Shown here: positions 11,993 to 24,425 of the stretch, piece after piece
Numbering within the stretch: position 1 is the first letter of the stretch
Layout: every line of letters begins with the position of its first letter
Assembly (NCBI RefSeq): GCF_021028975.2
Contig: NC_059434.1
Coordinates: 54,436,001 to 54,500,000, forward strand
Direction of reading: 5' to 3'
Length of the DNA: 64,000 nt
From: Sphaerodactylus townsendi
Lineage: Eukaryota
Notes under the pieces: generated by a model
The model's input: only the letters and a program-made list of their open reading frames with translations
The model's database searches: none
Told to the model about the DNA's origin: nothing
Translations under genes and position numbers: made by a program

Positions 11993-13118
11993 GTAGTCCA
12001 TGGGGTGGTAGCGGGTGTAGGGCGAGATGGACATCAAGGCATGCCCGATGCTCTCGATCCGCCGGGGGGGCGATGTCAGTGGAGCCCGCTGTCACGAGTA
12101 GAGGACTCCATCGCCTTGGCAATCTGCTTTCGTCAAAGTACTTCCGGCGGTATGGTTCGCGGCCGGACGATCACCAGGAGCAGCTTAAGGTCCCACATCT
12201 TGTCGGCGATGGCCTTGATCCGCTCGGGGCTGTACAGGCTGGTCCCGGCAATGAAGTTCCCGGGTTCCACGATGCAAACCTTCACGTCGTGGGGGTGCAT
12301 CTCATAGCGCAGGCAGTCAGAAAACGCCTCCACCCCAAACTTGGTGATGCAGTAGGGGGAGCGCGCGGGGTTGGCCATCTGCCCCATCATGCTGCTGATG
12401 TTCACCGCGCGGCCTTTGGCTCTGCGGATGAGAGGCAAGAAGGCCTTGGTGGTCTGGATCGTCCCCCACAGGTTCACTTCGGCCACCTCCTTGTAGGTGT
12501 CCATGCTGGTGAATTCCACCTCTCCGAAGGTGGAGATGCCGGCATTGTTGACCAGACCCCAGACCCCAGTGTCCGGATTCTTCAGGGTGGCAGTCACGTG
12601 ATCGGCGGCCCAGCGCCCGCGTCACTGCGCTGTCACAGAGCGTTCCAGCTGTACACCGTCCTCATGCGATTAGCTGTTCACCATGCTGTCGAGATCTTTG
12701 CGCCCGCGGCCGCCCGATCCTTCATCAGGCAGCCGGTAAATGTAAACAATAGAGAGCCCTTCTCATGCAAATTACTTGGCCCAGAGGCTGAAACCAAAGC
12801 CCGAGTCGCAGCCCGTGATGAGGACCGGTCGCTCGCCGATCGCGTCCACGTCTGTCACATATGTCCGCCGGCCCGTTTGGGTCAAGACCGAGAAGGAAAC
12901 CTCCGGCAGGGCCCCGAGTCTGGTTGCAGCATCCTTGCAGTGCGGGGCTTTGGTGGCCAGGCGGGCCAGAGGCCGGGAGAGGAGCTGCGTGGCAGCCAGC
13001 AGGGTAGCCATGGGTGGGTGCAGTCCGAGGCGTCCTCTCCTCCCTCGGGGGGGGGCGACAGCAGCAGCAGCAGCTCCGGTGACCGGCAGGCCCTCCCCTC
13101 CCTCCCTCTCTCCCCAGG
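11993..13118 (-). pseudogene. BDH1: Processed (intronless) retrocopy of D-beta-hydroxybutyrate dehydrogenase, mitochondrial (BDH1); 5' UTR retained, 3'-truncated, frameshifted
   Basis: ATG at 13011. Minus-strand frames give MATLLAATQLLSRPLARL...GRRTY...VLITGCDSGFGFSL, then [36 protein letters not shown]...[21 protein letters not shown]...[18 protein letters not shown], then YTRYHPMDY. All match vertebrate BDH1 (SDR TGxxxGxG, NNAG and YxxxK motifs). No introns; stop/frameshifts near 12775 and 12190; direct repeat TTGTGAACTTA at 11982-11992 and 13119-13129. Confidence 0.95.
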
Positions 13119-15082
13119 TTGTGAACTTATTTTTAAGGAATCTCCACCAGCTGCTAAGAGTGTAACAGCACACAACTATTTTAAGTAGCAATGGGGAGAA
13201 ATAGCAGCTTAGCAATGCGCGAGGCAGGCTGGTGTAGGGATCTTTTAAAAAGACTATGTATACCAGAAATGGCTTGAAACGTATTTGCAGAGAATTCACA
13301 AAAGACCAAATTGCAGTTTTAAATATTTTTTATATAGAATTTTTTGGTTGCAAACAATCACACACAGTAAGAAGTCAAGGGCACATATACACACAGTTCG
13401 GGGAACAAGTGAGTTTTAAAGTTTTCATTTTCTAAATTCTCTGGAATTTACCATGCTGGAGCTTGCTGGGCTGAACTAATTAGCTTAGCTCTTCCTATTG
13501 TTCCTAAGTACCCAGGACAATGGGTGTCAATTGCTCTTAAGATTAAAATCAAGGAAGCACAAGTGAATGGCTTTTATGCAGAAGTAACTCTGTAGAAACA
13601 CCTTGCCCAGGATATTCAGATTTGGCTGGAGACATTTTAGATCGGGGATAAGGTGAGTGGTTTAGGAGAGTCATAACAAAGGTGGAGGCAGGCAGAAGCA
13701 ACCCTTTTGTTGCTGGCCCTGGTTTTCCAGAAGAGAGATAGGGAAATGCAGTATCTGATGCTAAGAAGTGGCTTTTCCATATTCTTCGATCTTAACGAGA
13801 ACTATCTTTGCAAAGGTGTGGTAATCAAGCATGCCCACTCCAACAAAATGAGACCTCCAAGGTTATGCAGGAGTAACTCATCCCTCTTGATTAGATTTTG
13901 TAAAGCAGACCTGTCACCTTTGGACATGCTGCTACCTGCATAGAGAAGTGTATGACAACTGGCTTCTGCCAATATGATTTTTGAAGAAAATTTTATGGCA
14001 ATAATAATATGGGGGGTNNNNNNNNNNNNNNNNNNNNNNNNNNNNNNNNNNNNNNNNNNNNNNNNNNNNNNNNNNNNNNNNNNNNNNNNNNNNNNNNNNN
14101 NNNNNNNNNNNNNNNNNNNNNNNNNNNNNNNNNNNNNNNNNNNNNNNNNNNNNNNNNNNNNNNNNNNNNNNNNNNNNNNNNNNNNNNNNNNNNNNNNNNN
14201 NNNNNNNNNNNNNNNNNNNNNNNNNNNNNNNNNNNNNNNNNNNNNNNNNNNNNNNNNNNNNGAAAGAAGAATCATCAGAGCATAGATGATGAATTTCAAT
14301 AGCTGCCCAAGTTTCAACATGTGGATAGGCATAATAAAATAGGCTTATCCAAGTGATGGAGTACAACAGTTAAGGAAATCTTTAAGGCAGGGAAAACAAC
14401 TTTCGCAGGCATCCATAAATTAATCACAGTAGGAATATCATATCTCTGCTGCTGAGCACAGGGAAGTGGATTTAGTGCTGGAAGGTTTCAGTAGGCAGTG
14501 ATGGAACGGTGGTTGCTGAGAGACCAGCAGTATCTGGCATGGATGCAGGTGATGACATTGTCCTGTAATCATCAGCCATCTGCTTGCATTTCATCTGCAG
14601 GAGCAGTAACCCACCACTCTAACTCCCTGTGAACCATCACTGGAAACCTCCCATCAACAGAATTAGCTATTTACAGAATTTTAAACCAGCAGTCTTCCAA
14701 CATCTTGATTTTTAAAAATGTATCCAAAGGGAAATGGGTGATATCTTTTCCTTTAAATAATTCTTTTTTCCCCACAGCTACAACAAATGAATTCAATGAT
14801 GCAGACCCAGTTATTCAAGTCAAGCCCTTTTTTTCTCAAGCAGATGACTCTAAGGCAAACAGTTGTTAATTGAAAAGATGGCGCTTTGAATACCTAGCCA
14901 CTGATACATTTGAATCCTATCATTTGGGATCTTATCATAGCCTTTAAAACAATTTGGGCTGGAGATTAAAATTCCCACTATGGGTAGGCCTTAAATAATA
15001 CGTGTCACTGACAAAACAGTCCAGCTGCTGCGAAATAAGGGAAGACCCAGCTAGTCCCGTCTCATATCACATTACTATAGAA

Positions 15083-15230
15083 CAGGGGTAGGGAACCTGC
15101 GGCTCTCCAGATGTTCAGGAACTACAATTCCCATCCGCCCCTTTCAGCATGGCCAATTGGCCATGCTGAAAGGGGCTGATGGGAATTGTAGTTCCTGAAC
15201 ATCTGGAGAGCCACAGGTTCCCTACCCCTG
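15083..15230. mobile_element. hAT-type fold-back MITE
   Basis: Almost perfect 148-bp palindrome CAGGGGTAGGGAACCTG...CAGGTTCCCTACCCCTG centred on GGCCAATTGGCC; exact 8-bp TSD CTATAGAA (15075-15082 and 15231-15238). Confidence 0.92.
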
Positions 15231-15549
15231 CTATAGAACTTAATCTTTACTTACCTTTTGTCAGGCTATCATGTTTACCTGTAATTGAGGCTTTTTTACA
15301 CCAGGACAAAAATTAGTCCTCCATCACACTCTTCTTCAACAGTGCACGTTGGACATTTAGATCTTTGCACTTTATGTATATATATTGTCTTGTATATTGC
15401 ACTTGTAATTATTGTTGTTTATATTATTATCTTTTGTATGCACATATAATATAATTCAGCTTCTAATTATGTGGTAGTCTTTGTGTTGTAGGTACCTGTT
15501 TTTTCCCCCCCCCTTGTTTCCACAAAACAATTGTTTGGTTGAATACACA

Positions 15550-16497
15550 TGTGAAAACCTGTTTGCTTCCCAGTCTAAGCCTATACTGAAAGAGGGAACT
15601 TTGAATCTTTTGTAGGGTGTGGAGAAATGGCTCCTTCCCCTCCTCCCCCCTTCTCCAATCAGGTATCATAGATTTGGAGGACTTAAAAATTCCAGAGGAA
15701 CATCAGGAAGAGTTACCTGACCTAGGGGGGAAAGATATATTGACCAAGCCTGACCAGGTCAAAAGAGGGTTGGGTCTGGGAACTGATAAATCTCTGGAAG
15801 GAGAGAAGTGAGAGTTGTTCTCTTTCTCTTTTTGCTGGGTCACTGAAGGGAGCAGATCTCTTGCTGAGGCTGTAAAGGGAGCAGCCATTTTTGAACCATG
15901 AGCTCATCCAGGGATCTCACTCAGCCTGCAGGTAATGAGAACTCTTTGAGAATTGCAACCTTTTAAGCTTTAAGGACCTACGGTCTTTTCAACAACTTCT
16001 AGGGTATGTTTAGGGAGAGGGATAGAGGATTTGCATTTATATCTCCTTTGTTTTGGAAAACCTTGCTCAATCTCATATAGTGCTAAAATATACTTGTAAC
16101 CATTTTATTTTTTAATAAATACTGTTAAACCTTAGATGTGGAGAACAGTTTTCTGTACCAAGAATGCTCCACCATCTTGGATGCACTGTGGCGAACCTTT
16201 GGCACTCCAGATGTTATGGACTACAATTCCCATCAGCCCCTGCCTGCATGGCCAATTGTCCATGCTGGCAGGGGCTGATGGGAATTGCAGTCCATAACAT
16301 CTGGAGTGCCAAAGGTTCGCCACCACGGCACTATCAAAATAGGAGGGGGGAGGAAGGATAGCAGCTGGTGAGCAGCTTTTCCTCCGGGACCTCCAATCTG
16401 CCCTGTGGAACCCAGGAGAGGAGAACCAAGGGAAACTGAGGCTAGACCCTGGGAGAGGAATAGGGCCTGTCAGGCAAAGCAAGCCTGTTCTGCCACA
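15550..16497 (+). mobile_element. Probable solo LTR hosting the MITE at 16184
   Basis: TG...CA ends, AATAAA at about 16114, LTR-like composition; TSD not found. Confidence 0.35.
16184..16328. mobile_element. hAT-type fold-back MITE, related subfamily
   Basis: Palindrome gtggcgaacctttggcactccagatgttatggactacaattcccatcagcccc...; same core as 15083-15230 but different termini. Confidence 0.8.
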
Positions 16498-18855
16498 TAG
16501 GAAATAGCACTTGCAGTAGAAAAAAACGAGTTTGAACACTATGTTTTATAGTTTTATGGGATTTCGTTTGTATCCAAGCTTAAAAATAATTTGATTCTCT
16601 TGAATTAAATGAGAAAATTTTCAGAATACATCCCAACACAAAGCTATCCAGAAAATACAATTCAACTCAACCTAGTTGCTAATGTCATGTGATATATAAT
16701 CATAAAAAAAATCTCACCACTACTGAGGAGCAGCAAAGCAGACAGTCAATTAAAGGAGCTGTTCTTCCTGGAAGACCCTTCACCTTCAGCAAGTTTCCTC
16801 AGAATGATGAAGGATTTTTTCTGAAAGAGAGGAGATCTGGAAGAGACTTTGGAACTTTTCTCTGAATTCCTTTTAGCACCCCCCACTCTTTTTATACTTT
16901 GTCCAACTCACCTCCCATCTAGCTTTTGATATCTGCTGATAAAATACCGAACCCCAAACCTAATTTTGGATTTTTACCAACTTGCTGATGAGAGCTTCCA
17001 TATGGATTTTGGCAAAAATTCTTTACATGGCTACATAATTATTATGAGGAAACACTCTAGTCCTTAATAGATTACCCCTAACCAAAGTCCTATCACTGCT
17101 AAATCATGTCACCTTAAAAGCTGCAACTGATCCAAAGCTGTTTTTGAATATGATCCAAAACCTGAGTATTTAAATGCATGAAATTTCAGATTTTTCTGCA
17201 TGGTCACTTCCCCAGCTCCCATCATGCTTTAACTCATCAACATTAGGTATCCTTAGTCATTAGAACCTTAGACGTAATATTATTATTATTATTATTATTT
17301 ATTCAACTTGATAAACCACTCTACCCCAGAAGGGCTCAGAGCAGTTTACAACACAGAGAGACAATAAACAACAGATTGCAAAAGGGCAAATCGAACAATT
17401 CAATTAAAATCAATAAAATACAATAAAATTGTGATGTGGGAAAGGGAAGGTGGGAATACAATGAAAGCTAAACTCATGCTGATCTCCTTCACTTTTCCTG
17501 CAAAGGGAGAAGAAAAGTATCTTTTGGAAACGGTAGGGATTCTCTGATTTGACGAGAGGTGACCACTGAAGAGGGTTAAATGTATATGTAACTTCGAATC
17601 AAATCCAAGAAAATGTATGTTCAATCCAGAGGAGATCAGAAGTGTGTAAATGGACTTCATCTGTGATAAGTCTCATTTTGCTTTCCTGTGGTTAAGCACT
17701 GCACTGGCAGGGTTGCAAAACTAGGTGGGAGCCCATAGGGTGGTGAATCAATACTTAATATATGTACACTTTCTCAAATGGCTGCCTGTCCAGAATTCAA
17801 TGAAGTCTTGTGGCTTGAGCAGGCCAATTTCCCAGTCTCTCTCCTTTTCCATCTACTGATCTTCCTTATTTGTATCTCCTTTTCTTGCTCAGTCCTCATG
17901 GTACCATTTTAGAAGCACTGTTCTCCTTTTGGTTACTTTTATACTTCCGGAGGGCCCCAAAAATGTAAGAACCGTTATGTTTTATATGGGCAGTCTCATT
18001 TTACTACTTTCATGAGTGGTGCTTTCATATTAGATGGAGTAAATGATTAATGATTTTAGTGGAAGAACAGACTACTTTTTACATGGAGAATGTACATTCA
18101 CAATAAAGGTGACCTCCTTTCTCTCATAGTTCCTTAATATAATTAAGCAGGGAACGTAATATATCACACTGTATATATATTTATTCAGCTGTTCTGTTAG
18201 AATGATATTTACCTTCAATTCTGTTTTTGTACTTTTGAAGCATTGCCTTAACATTTAGCATGCAGACAAATGTGTTTATTAGCATAAACTTGCACTTAAC
18301 ATTTATTCTATAGGCCTCTAGATAAAAATCAGAATTTTCTTATAAGGTCAAAAATATAGAAGATGTAAATGTTACAGCAGAAAGCCAGGAGGCTCAAAAA
18401 GAGTCTCACATAAACTGGGCATATTTTCAAATATGTTCGAACCTATGAATGACTTACATAAAAAAATAAGTAAGTACTGAACAATTTATATCATGATTCA
18501 TTTTTGTTCTCATGAAAAAACATGTATACTATAAACAAAACCTTATAATGGCAGATAGTGGGGAAATATTCTAGATATGAATTTAGTTCAAGCCCACACA
18601 CTTTGTGATGGCACAGCCTACCAAACCTGCTACAAACTCCTGTCATTACAATGGAAGGGATATCTGAAGTGTACATTTGTTTCCTTAATGGTATTGCAGA
18701 GTTGACAAGATCATTTTCATCCAGTCAATTTTCTATTTTTGTCTACTTCTTTAAGGACATTTTAACATTTTTGTAATTTTTATGTTATTTTTAAACAATT
18801 TGCTGCCTTTGATAAGTAATACACCACAGCACCTCTTGTAGACCAATTTATGAGA

Positions 18856-19043
18856 ACCAGCATGGTGTAGTAGTTAAAGTATCAGATTAGGATCTGGGAA
18901 ATCCAAATTCAAATCCCCACTCAGCCATGGAAACTTACTGGGTGACCTTGAGTCAGGCAACAGCAAACCACTTATGAATGTCTCTTCCCTTGAAAATTCT
19001 ATGTGGTTGCCATAAGTCAGCTGTGACTTGACAGCAAATATAA

Positions 19044-19076
<33 letters not shown>
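18856..19076 (+). mobile_element. Sauria-type SINE with (CA)n tail
   Basis: tRNA-like head (tggtgtagtagttaaag...ttcaaatcccc) and BovB-like tail (gttgccataagtcagctgtgacttgacagca), followed by (CA)n. Confidence 0.75.
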
Positions 19077-19080
<4 letters not shown>

Positions 19081-20971
19081 ATCCTGTTAAAACAGGTATC
19101 AATTTTACTGGTAACATTTCTGTCAAATTTAATTACAGTGGGATTTGATTCTAGATATGCAGAATTAGAAAACTAAATTAAACTTCAATCTGAGCCAGTG
19201 TTGCCATGAAATTTGGCGAAATTTCTGTTGCAGTTCCAGAAAGAAAGCAGAAGCTGTGTTTTCAAGACTCTAATGAGACACCATACATGAATAGTGAGCA
19301 GGGATAATCTGAATTTCTCATACCTGTAGTTTCAGGGATATCCTCATTTTAATTCCATCTCGCGCTTGCATGAGCTGAATCTGCAACTTTTTAATGTTCA
19401 TGTCATTTTCACTGTCATTGTACCAAATTTCCCCCATTAAATGTACATGTTACTGTTATTTGTGCATCAATAAATTAAAATAAATAAAATAAATTTGATT
19501 CCAAAATAAAATGCTCATTCAACCAAGACAGCATATATATATAGTGTGTAGAAAATTGTCTAAAAAAATATTAGGATATATTTGAGGTCTGTGATTAGCA
19601 AAACTCAGGGAAGAAAGATTTGAATCTATCTTCCTAAGCATGAAAAGGAGATTGCGCAAGAAATAAAAGGGTGATTGTCACTGACGCCTTCTTATTTCAT
19701 TCAGTCTTACATTGTTGTCATCCTTCCATAGGTTTGATTTTTATCCAATGCATTTCCATGGATATCTTTCTATGAAAGGAATATGATACATATGAAAGAG
19801 ACATAAGAAAGGTATGCTAAGAATCTGGTACAAATAATGAAAATTTAACTTCTTTTCTATAGAATAATGACACGTACTTGAGACCTGTACTGCTGAAAAC
19901 ATGCCACTCATATTCTTCAGAGTATTCTTATAAAGCTATTAAGATACAAATAGAAATAGCTTAAAAGCCACTGTGGAAATATGAATGACACTTTCAGAGC
20001 CCTAGAGATACCAGAAAGCTTCTTCAGTCTTCAGGCTCCAACTTCAAGGGTCCTCAAATGCAGGATAGATATATGTTTACTCAACAAGCCCCAAGGTTTA
20101 CACTTCTCCAGGCATCCTTTGTGATAACATATCAAATTAATCATACCTAATGCACTATTGACAGAAATGGAAATGTGCTTGTTTATTGCAGTACTAATGA
20201 AATGGGCTGTATATTTGTGTTCAGTTCTTTTCTCACTTTCAATTGTACAAGGAACATTACCGATTACTGCAGGAAATAATTGTTGCAAATTGATACAGTG
20301 AGTTGCAGTGAAAAAAACTAACATTGTATTTCACTGTATCTTAAATTTTAATCTGCAAATTCTAATAGTCCCTTTTCAAGTAATAGTGTTTTATACATTG
20401 TATACTTTTGACATATTGTACATATATCTAAATATTCCTTTTTCTATTGCAGAAATATTTGTGCTATAGGCCAGCCTATTGCCAACTTCCTAATACAAGC
20501 TTTGGAAAAGCCAGAACAGTCATTCATATCAGCAAGGGACAACACTAAGCACAAACCTCACTGACCAAAAAAAAAAAAACTTTATCCATTGAAGTGGATA
20601 GCACTTCTTGTTGACACAGCACTTTTTGTTAGAGGCCATTAAGCAAAAGGGGAAAATATCATTCCCATTGGCACTAAAAGGTTCAGAATCTGTTCTCTCT
20701 GAAGTTAAAGATCATGCCACTTCTGACCTTGAAGGTTACTACTCACCGGGTGATGCACCAACTTTATTAAAACTGTATTAAAACAAGAGGGCTCTGTTCA
20801 CAATAAAATGGTAGTTTCCAATAGGAATTTACATAATTATATCTAACTAATTAGTTCAACATAGTCTTCTTACAACATAGTCTTCTTTCAACTTCGGGGG
20901 TGGGGCAGTATAGAAATTTAAGAAACAAACAAACAAACAAACAAACTGTTCATCACATGGAAAATGGAAAA

Positions 20972-21092
20972 AGCAGCACTGATTTGAGTCCAGTAGCACC
21001 TTTGAGACCAGACAGCTTGGTTTGAGTCCAGTAGTACTTTAGAGACCAGCAAGATTTTGTGGGGCATAAGTGTTTGAGAGTCAAAGCTACCC
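20972..21092 (-). mobile_element. Penelope-like terminal fragment with internal tandem duplication
   Basis: tttgagtccagtag(c/t)ac(c/t)tt(t/a)gagaccag occurs twice, then caagattttgtggggcataagtgtttgagagtcaaagct; related to 7160-7235 and 40110-40175. Confidence 0.45.
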
Positions 21093-21093
21093 T

Positions 21094-21140
<47 letters not shown>

Positions 21141-21341
21141 AAAGCACTTGGTGTCATGGATCTTTCCTGTATCTCCCCACTGCAGCCTGTTATCACCCCT
21201 CCCCAATAAGTTCATTCTAAGGGTCAGAGGAGATTTGATTGATGCATGTCATTCATGTGAGATGAAAGATACTTTGAAGCTCTTCAACAGACCCCAGAAA
21301 AGGGCCATAAAATGCTCAAATTGCCAACCATGCAGAGAGGA

Positions 21342-21912
21342 TGTTCTGCCCCCCAAGTGAATCTTTTTTTGGTACCCTGTACTTGGCTAGGACAGAGTGG
21401 GGGAGACATAAGCCAGCTTCAACAGTTCAAACTATAGGTTTATTACTCAGGAGAATTAAGACCCTAACTCCTCCCTTGGGTCTGTCTAAATCAAAGTACT
21501 TGCTTGTCTTGAGCAGATTTGAAGCTGTAGACTGTTCTTCTCTTGGTTGCTTTCAAGAAGGTCCACTGTCTTGCTTCCTTTTAGTTCTTTCAGTCTTTGC
21601 CTGGTTCTAATTGCTGTTAACCTTAACTTGTACTGCATATATCACCATAGACTACTACGGACCACCATATATGTCACGAATATTACAGTCTCCAGCTACC
21701 CTTGGCACCTTGTTCTTACTGACTGGCTAGAGCTAAAACAGGGGATTGCTGGGTAAAGAAGAAAGACTGCCTCTTGGGAAATGTCTTAAAGGGACAGGGG
21801 CTAACTAAAATTCCCTCCCTTAGAAGACTTTACAATGAACTAAACCCATGCTAACTATGGGGAAACTGAAGCTTAATGAGGGAATAACAAAAGCCTCTGT
21901 GGGGACATGACA
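21342..21912 (-). mobile_element. Solo LTR
   Basis: TGTTCTGCCCCC ... GGGGACATGACA imperfect inverted termini; TTTATT (poly(A) signal on -) at about 21439; 5-bp flanks GAGGA/GATGA. Confidence 0.65.
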
Positions 21913-22294
21913 GATGAGTTTCTGTGGAAATGTAACAATTGTCTCAAATTGTCATTTGTATAATGCTGCTTCAAAGCTAGGTCCATGCAGAGGTGGAAGG
22001 GAACCTGAATGTAAAGGGCTAACTCCTCACACTGCCTGTATGTATGACATGCTGGGAGTGGGTAGAGTTTAGAACTCAACCAGAGCTGCTGATGTAATTT
22101 TTTTTTTTGGGGGGGGGGGGTTCTTGGAGGGTTCAAATGTGTTCTATGTATAGACCTGTAGTGTTGGCAGGGAGTTTTTTGGCCTTCTCTGGTCAAAGAG
22201 GGAATTACACTTCTAGGAAAAGAAGAATTTCTATCTCAGGTTCTAAAAACAGAGTAAGTTCATCTCCTGAACTGTGTAATAAAGAGGGAGTTGA

Positions 22295-22297
<3 letters not shown>

Positions 22298-22358
<61 letters not shown>
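22298..22358. repeat. (GA)n microsatellite
   Basis: About 30 GA units. Confidence 0.95.
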
Positions 22359-22362
<4 letters not shown>

Positions 22363-24425
22363 TGTCAGAAAGGAACCAATTGTTAGCAATCTGCATTCAG
22401 ATACCTACCACCAACCTGGTTGCTCATAAACATGCAAATACACAGAGAGAGGGTAATAGGAATCTGGGAACTCTGTACTCTGAAAATAAATGGTATCCCA
22501 AAACATTACTAAATGTAATAGACTGAATTCAATTTTGGTAGTGGTGCAACTGAAGGTAAGGGCAGGATGTAGGAAAGTGTGCATTCAGAAATAAGCACAC
22601 ACATAGAAACTCCTACCCTAATAGGACTGTGTCCTGTGTTCTGAACAAAACTGCCATAAAGATTGGGCCGTCTCCTTTTTGTTCAAATGAAACTCTTACT
22701 AAGTTCTGTTTCCTCTATCAGCAGAAGAGGAAGGTGGGAACAATGTCATCCTTTTCTTTCTACTTCCTGTACCCCACTCATAGCCTGTAGCATTTTGTCC
22801 ATGATATTCCACAACTTCCATCATCAGATAGGAGGGGGGGTCATAGGGAGTTGTTTGGAGAATAATAATATATGAAAGACTGACAACTACACAGACCTTC
22901 TTCTTTCCATAGGTCAGAAGCCTCTGAAGAGGAGTTATCTAGGAAGAAACCAGCCTTGGCAGAAACCCAGTACACCAAGTGTAACGAGCAGGAGGAGATT
23001 TTGACAAAAGGTCTCCAGCCTTGTAGCTATTCCTGACTCCCAGCCAGGCACCAACTGTGGGAATCCAGGCCTTTAGTTCATCAAACTCACTTGCAAAGTA
23101 ACACAAGCAGCGTCTGAGGAATGAACTGCACCTTAAAAGATGCAGCTCCCAGTTATTGCATATATGCCCCTTGCTTGAAAGCAGTGAGTCTTCTCATGAT
23201 GAAAGCTAAGGTCTACCAGCAAGTACAAAGTGGGGCTGGGTCAGCAAACAATTGTGTATGCAACTGTGGGTGATTACTCCCAGCTGTGTTGACACCCATC
23301 TGCTTTGTCCTCTGGAAAACCTAAACTTTGAACTGGAACTATGTGACGTCACTCCCTTGGATTGCCCTTGACTGTATGATGACTGTATGATGGATTTCTG
23401 GCTTCTTGACTATGGACTAATACAGGCTTTCTGCATACTGTGCATAACTGTTTCCTCGGCGTAGAATTTCATCATTTTTGTGGATGGAGGACTGATTTTA
23501 ATGGTTTTATAATGTAATTTTGTCACGTATGTTTAAAGACATAAAGGCAGGATACAAATTTTGCAAATAAATAATAATAACTAAACCAGAAGCTGAATAG
23601 TGGTCTCAGAAATCTCTGAAACAAAAAAAAATAAGAAAATAAAAATAACATGACAGTAAAGCAGCAAATCATTTGTGCTGTCCTGATATTGCAATTATGT
23701 AAAGCTAGAATGAGTTACAAACACTGGTAAAACAGGCTGGTGCTTGGGATTTACCATGCAATCCTAAGTACAGGTACTCCATTTGAAGTATATTGAAGTT
23801 GATTGGCTTAAACAGAAGTAACTCTTCAAAGGATTTAAATGCCTGTGTGCATCCTATGATTCTCCAGCTGGTGTGGAGGGGTATAGGATGGGATGGTGCT
23901 ATAAGGATTGAAGCATTAGATTTATTTCTGAAAAATTCCAGCAACTGAGTTAAATCAAGGGAAAAAGAAAAAGCAGCAGAATGATTGTAGTTTTCTATGA
24001 TGGAGAATAGGTCAGATATGTTTTGACAGAAGCTGAGGTTCATGTTAACTGCTATATGAATCAATGTTAATGAAGTGAACTGACAGAGCAGTGATTGTCA
24101 AATTGGACAAGCAGCTGGTTTCCCAGTCTTGGAAACAGCTTTTTATAACTCAACTGCCATTGCTACTTTTTTCTTCGTTCTTTAAAGGCCAGACTGTGAA
24201 ATTGGGAAAGGGGTAGAAAGTGAGAGAAAGTCAAGAGGATGAGAAGACAGAGATAGATTGATTCATATAACTTTCAAAGTGATTTTGGCAATAATATATT
24301 TACTGACATGGCCTTCAGAGTGATTTCAGTTATATTTAAATCCTGTAGTTACCATGCATATCTCTGGAGGATTTTGTATGGGCTGAAATCACTGGTGTTG
24401 GCCCAGTAAAAACACTGTTTAAAGG

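Noticed and set aside
11770-13188. 472-aa + strand ORF
   Set aside because: Antisense shadow of the GC-rich BDH1 copy, extended through an N-gap; no independent protein features.
17400-17660. Minus-strand 86-aa ORF and a possible 27-nt + strand microexon (GEEKYLLET)
   Set aside because: No recognisable protein; splice signals are weak.
19325-19440. Minus-strand short open frame ending at a CAG|GTATGA donor
   Set aside because: No good acceptor and no recognisable product.
22360-22372. TGGTGTCAGAA, resembling a tRNA primer-binding site
   Set aside because: Only 11 nt match, with no adjacent LTR end or gag sequence.
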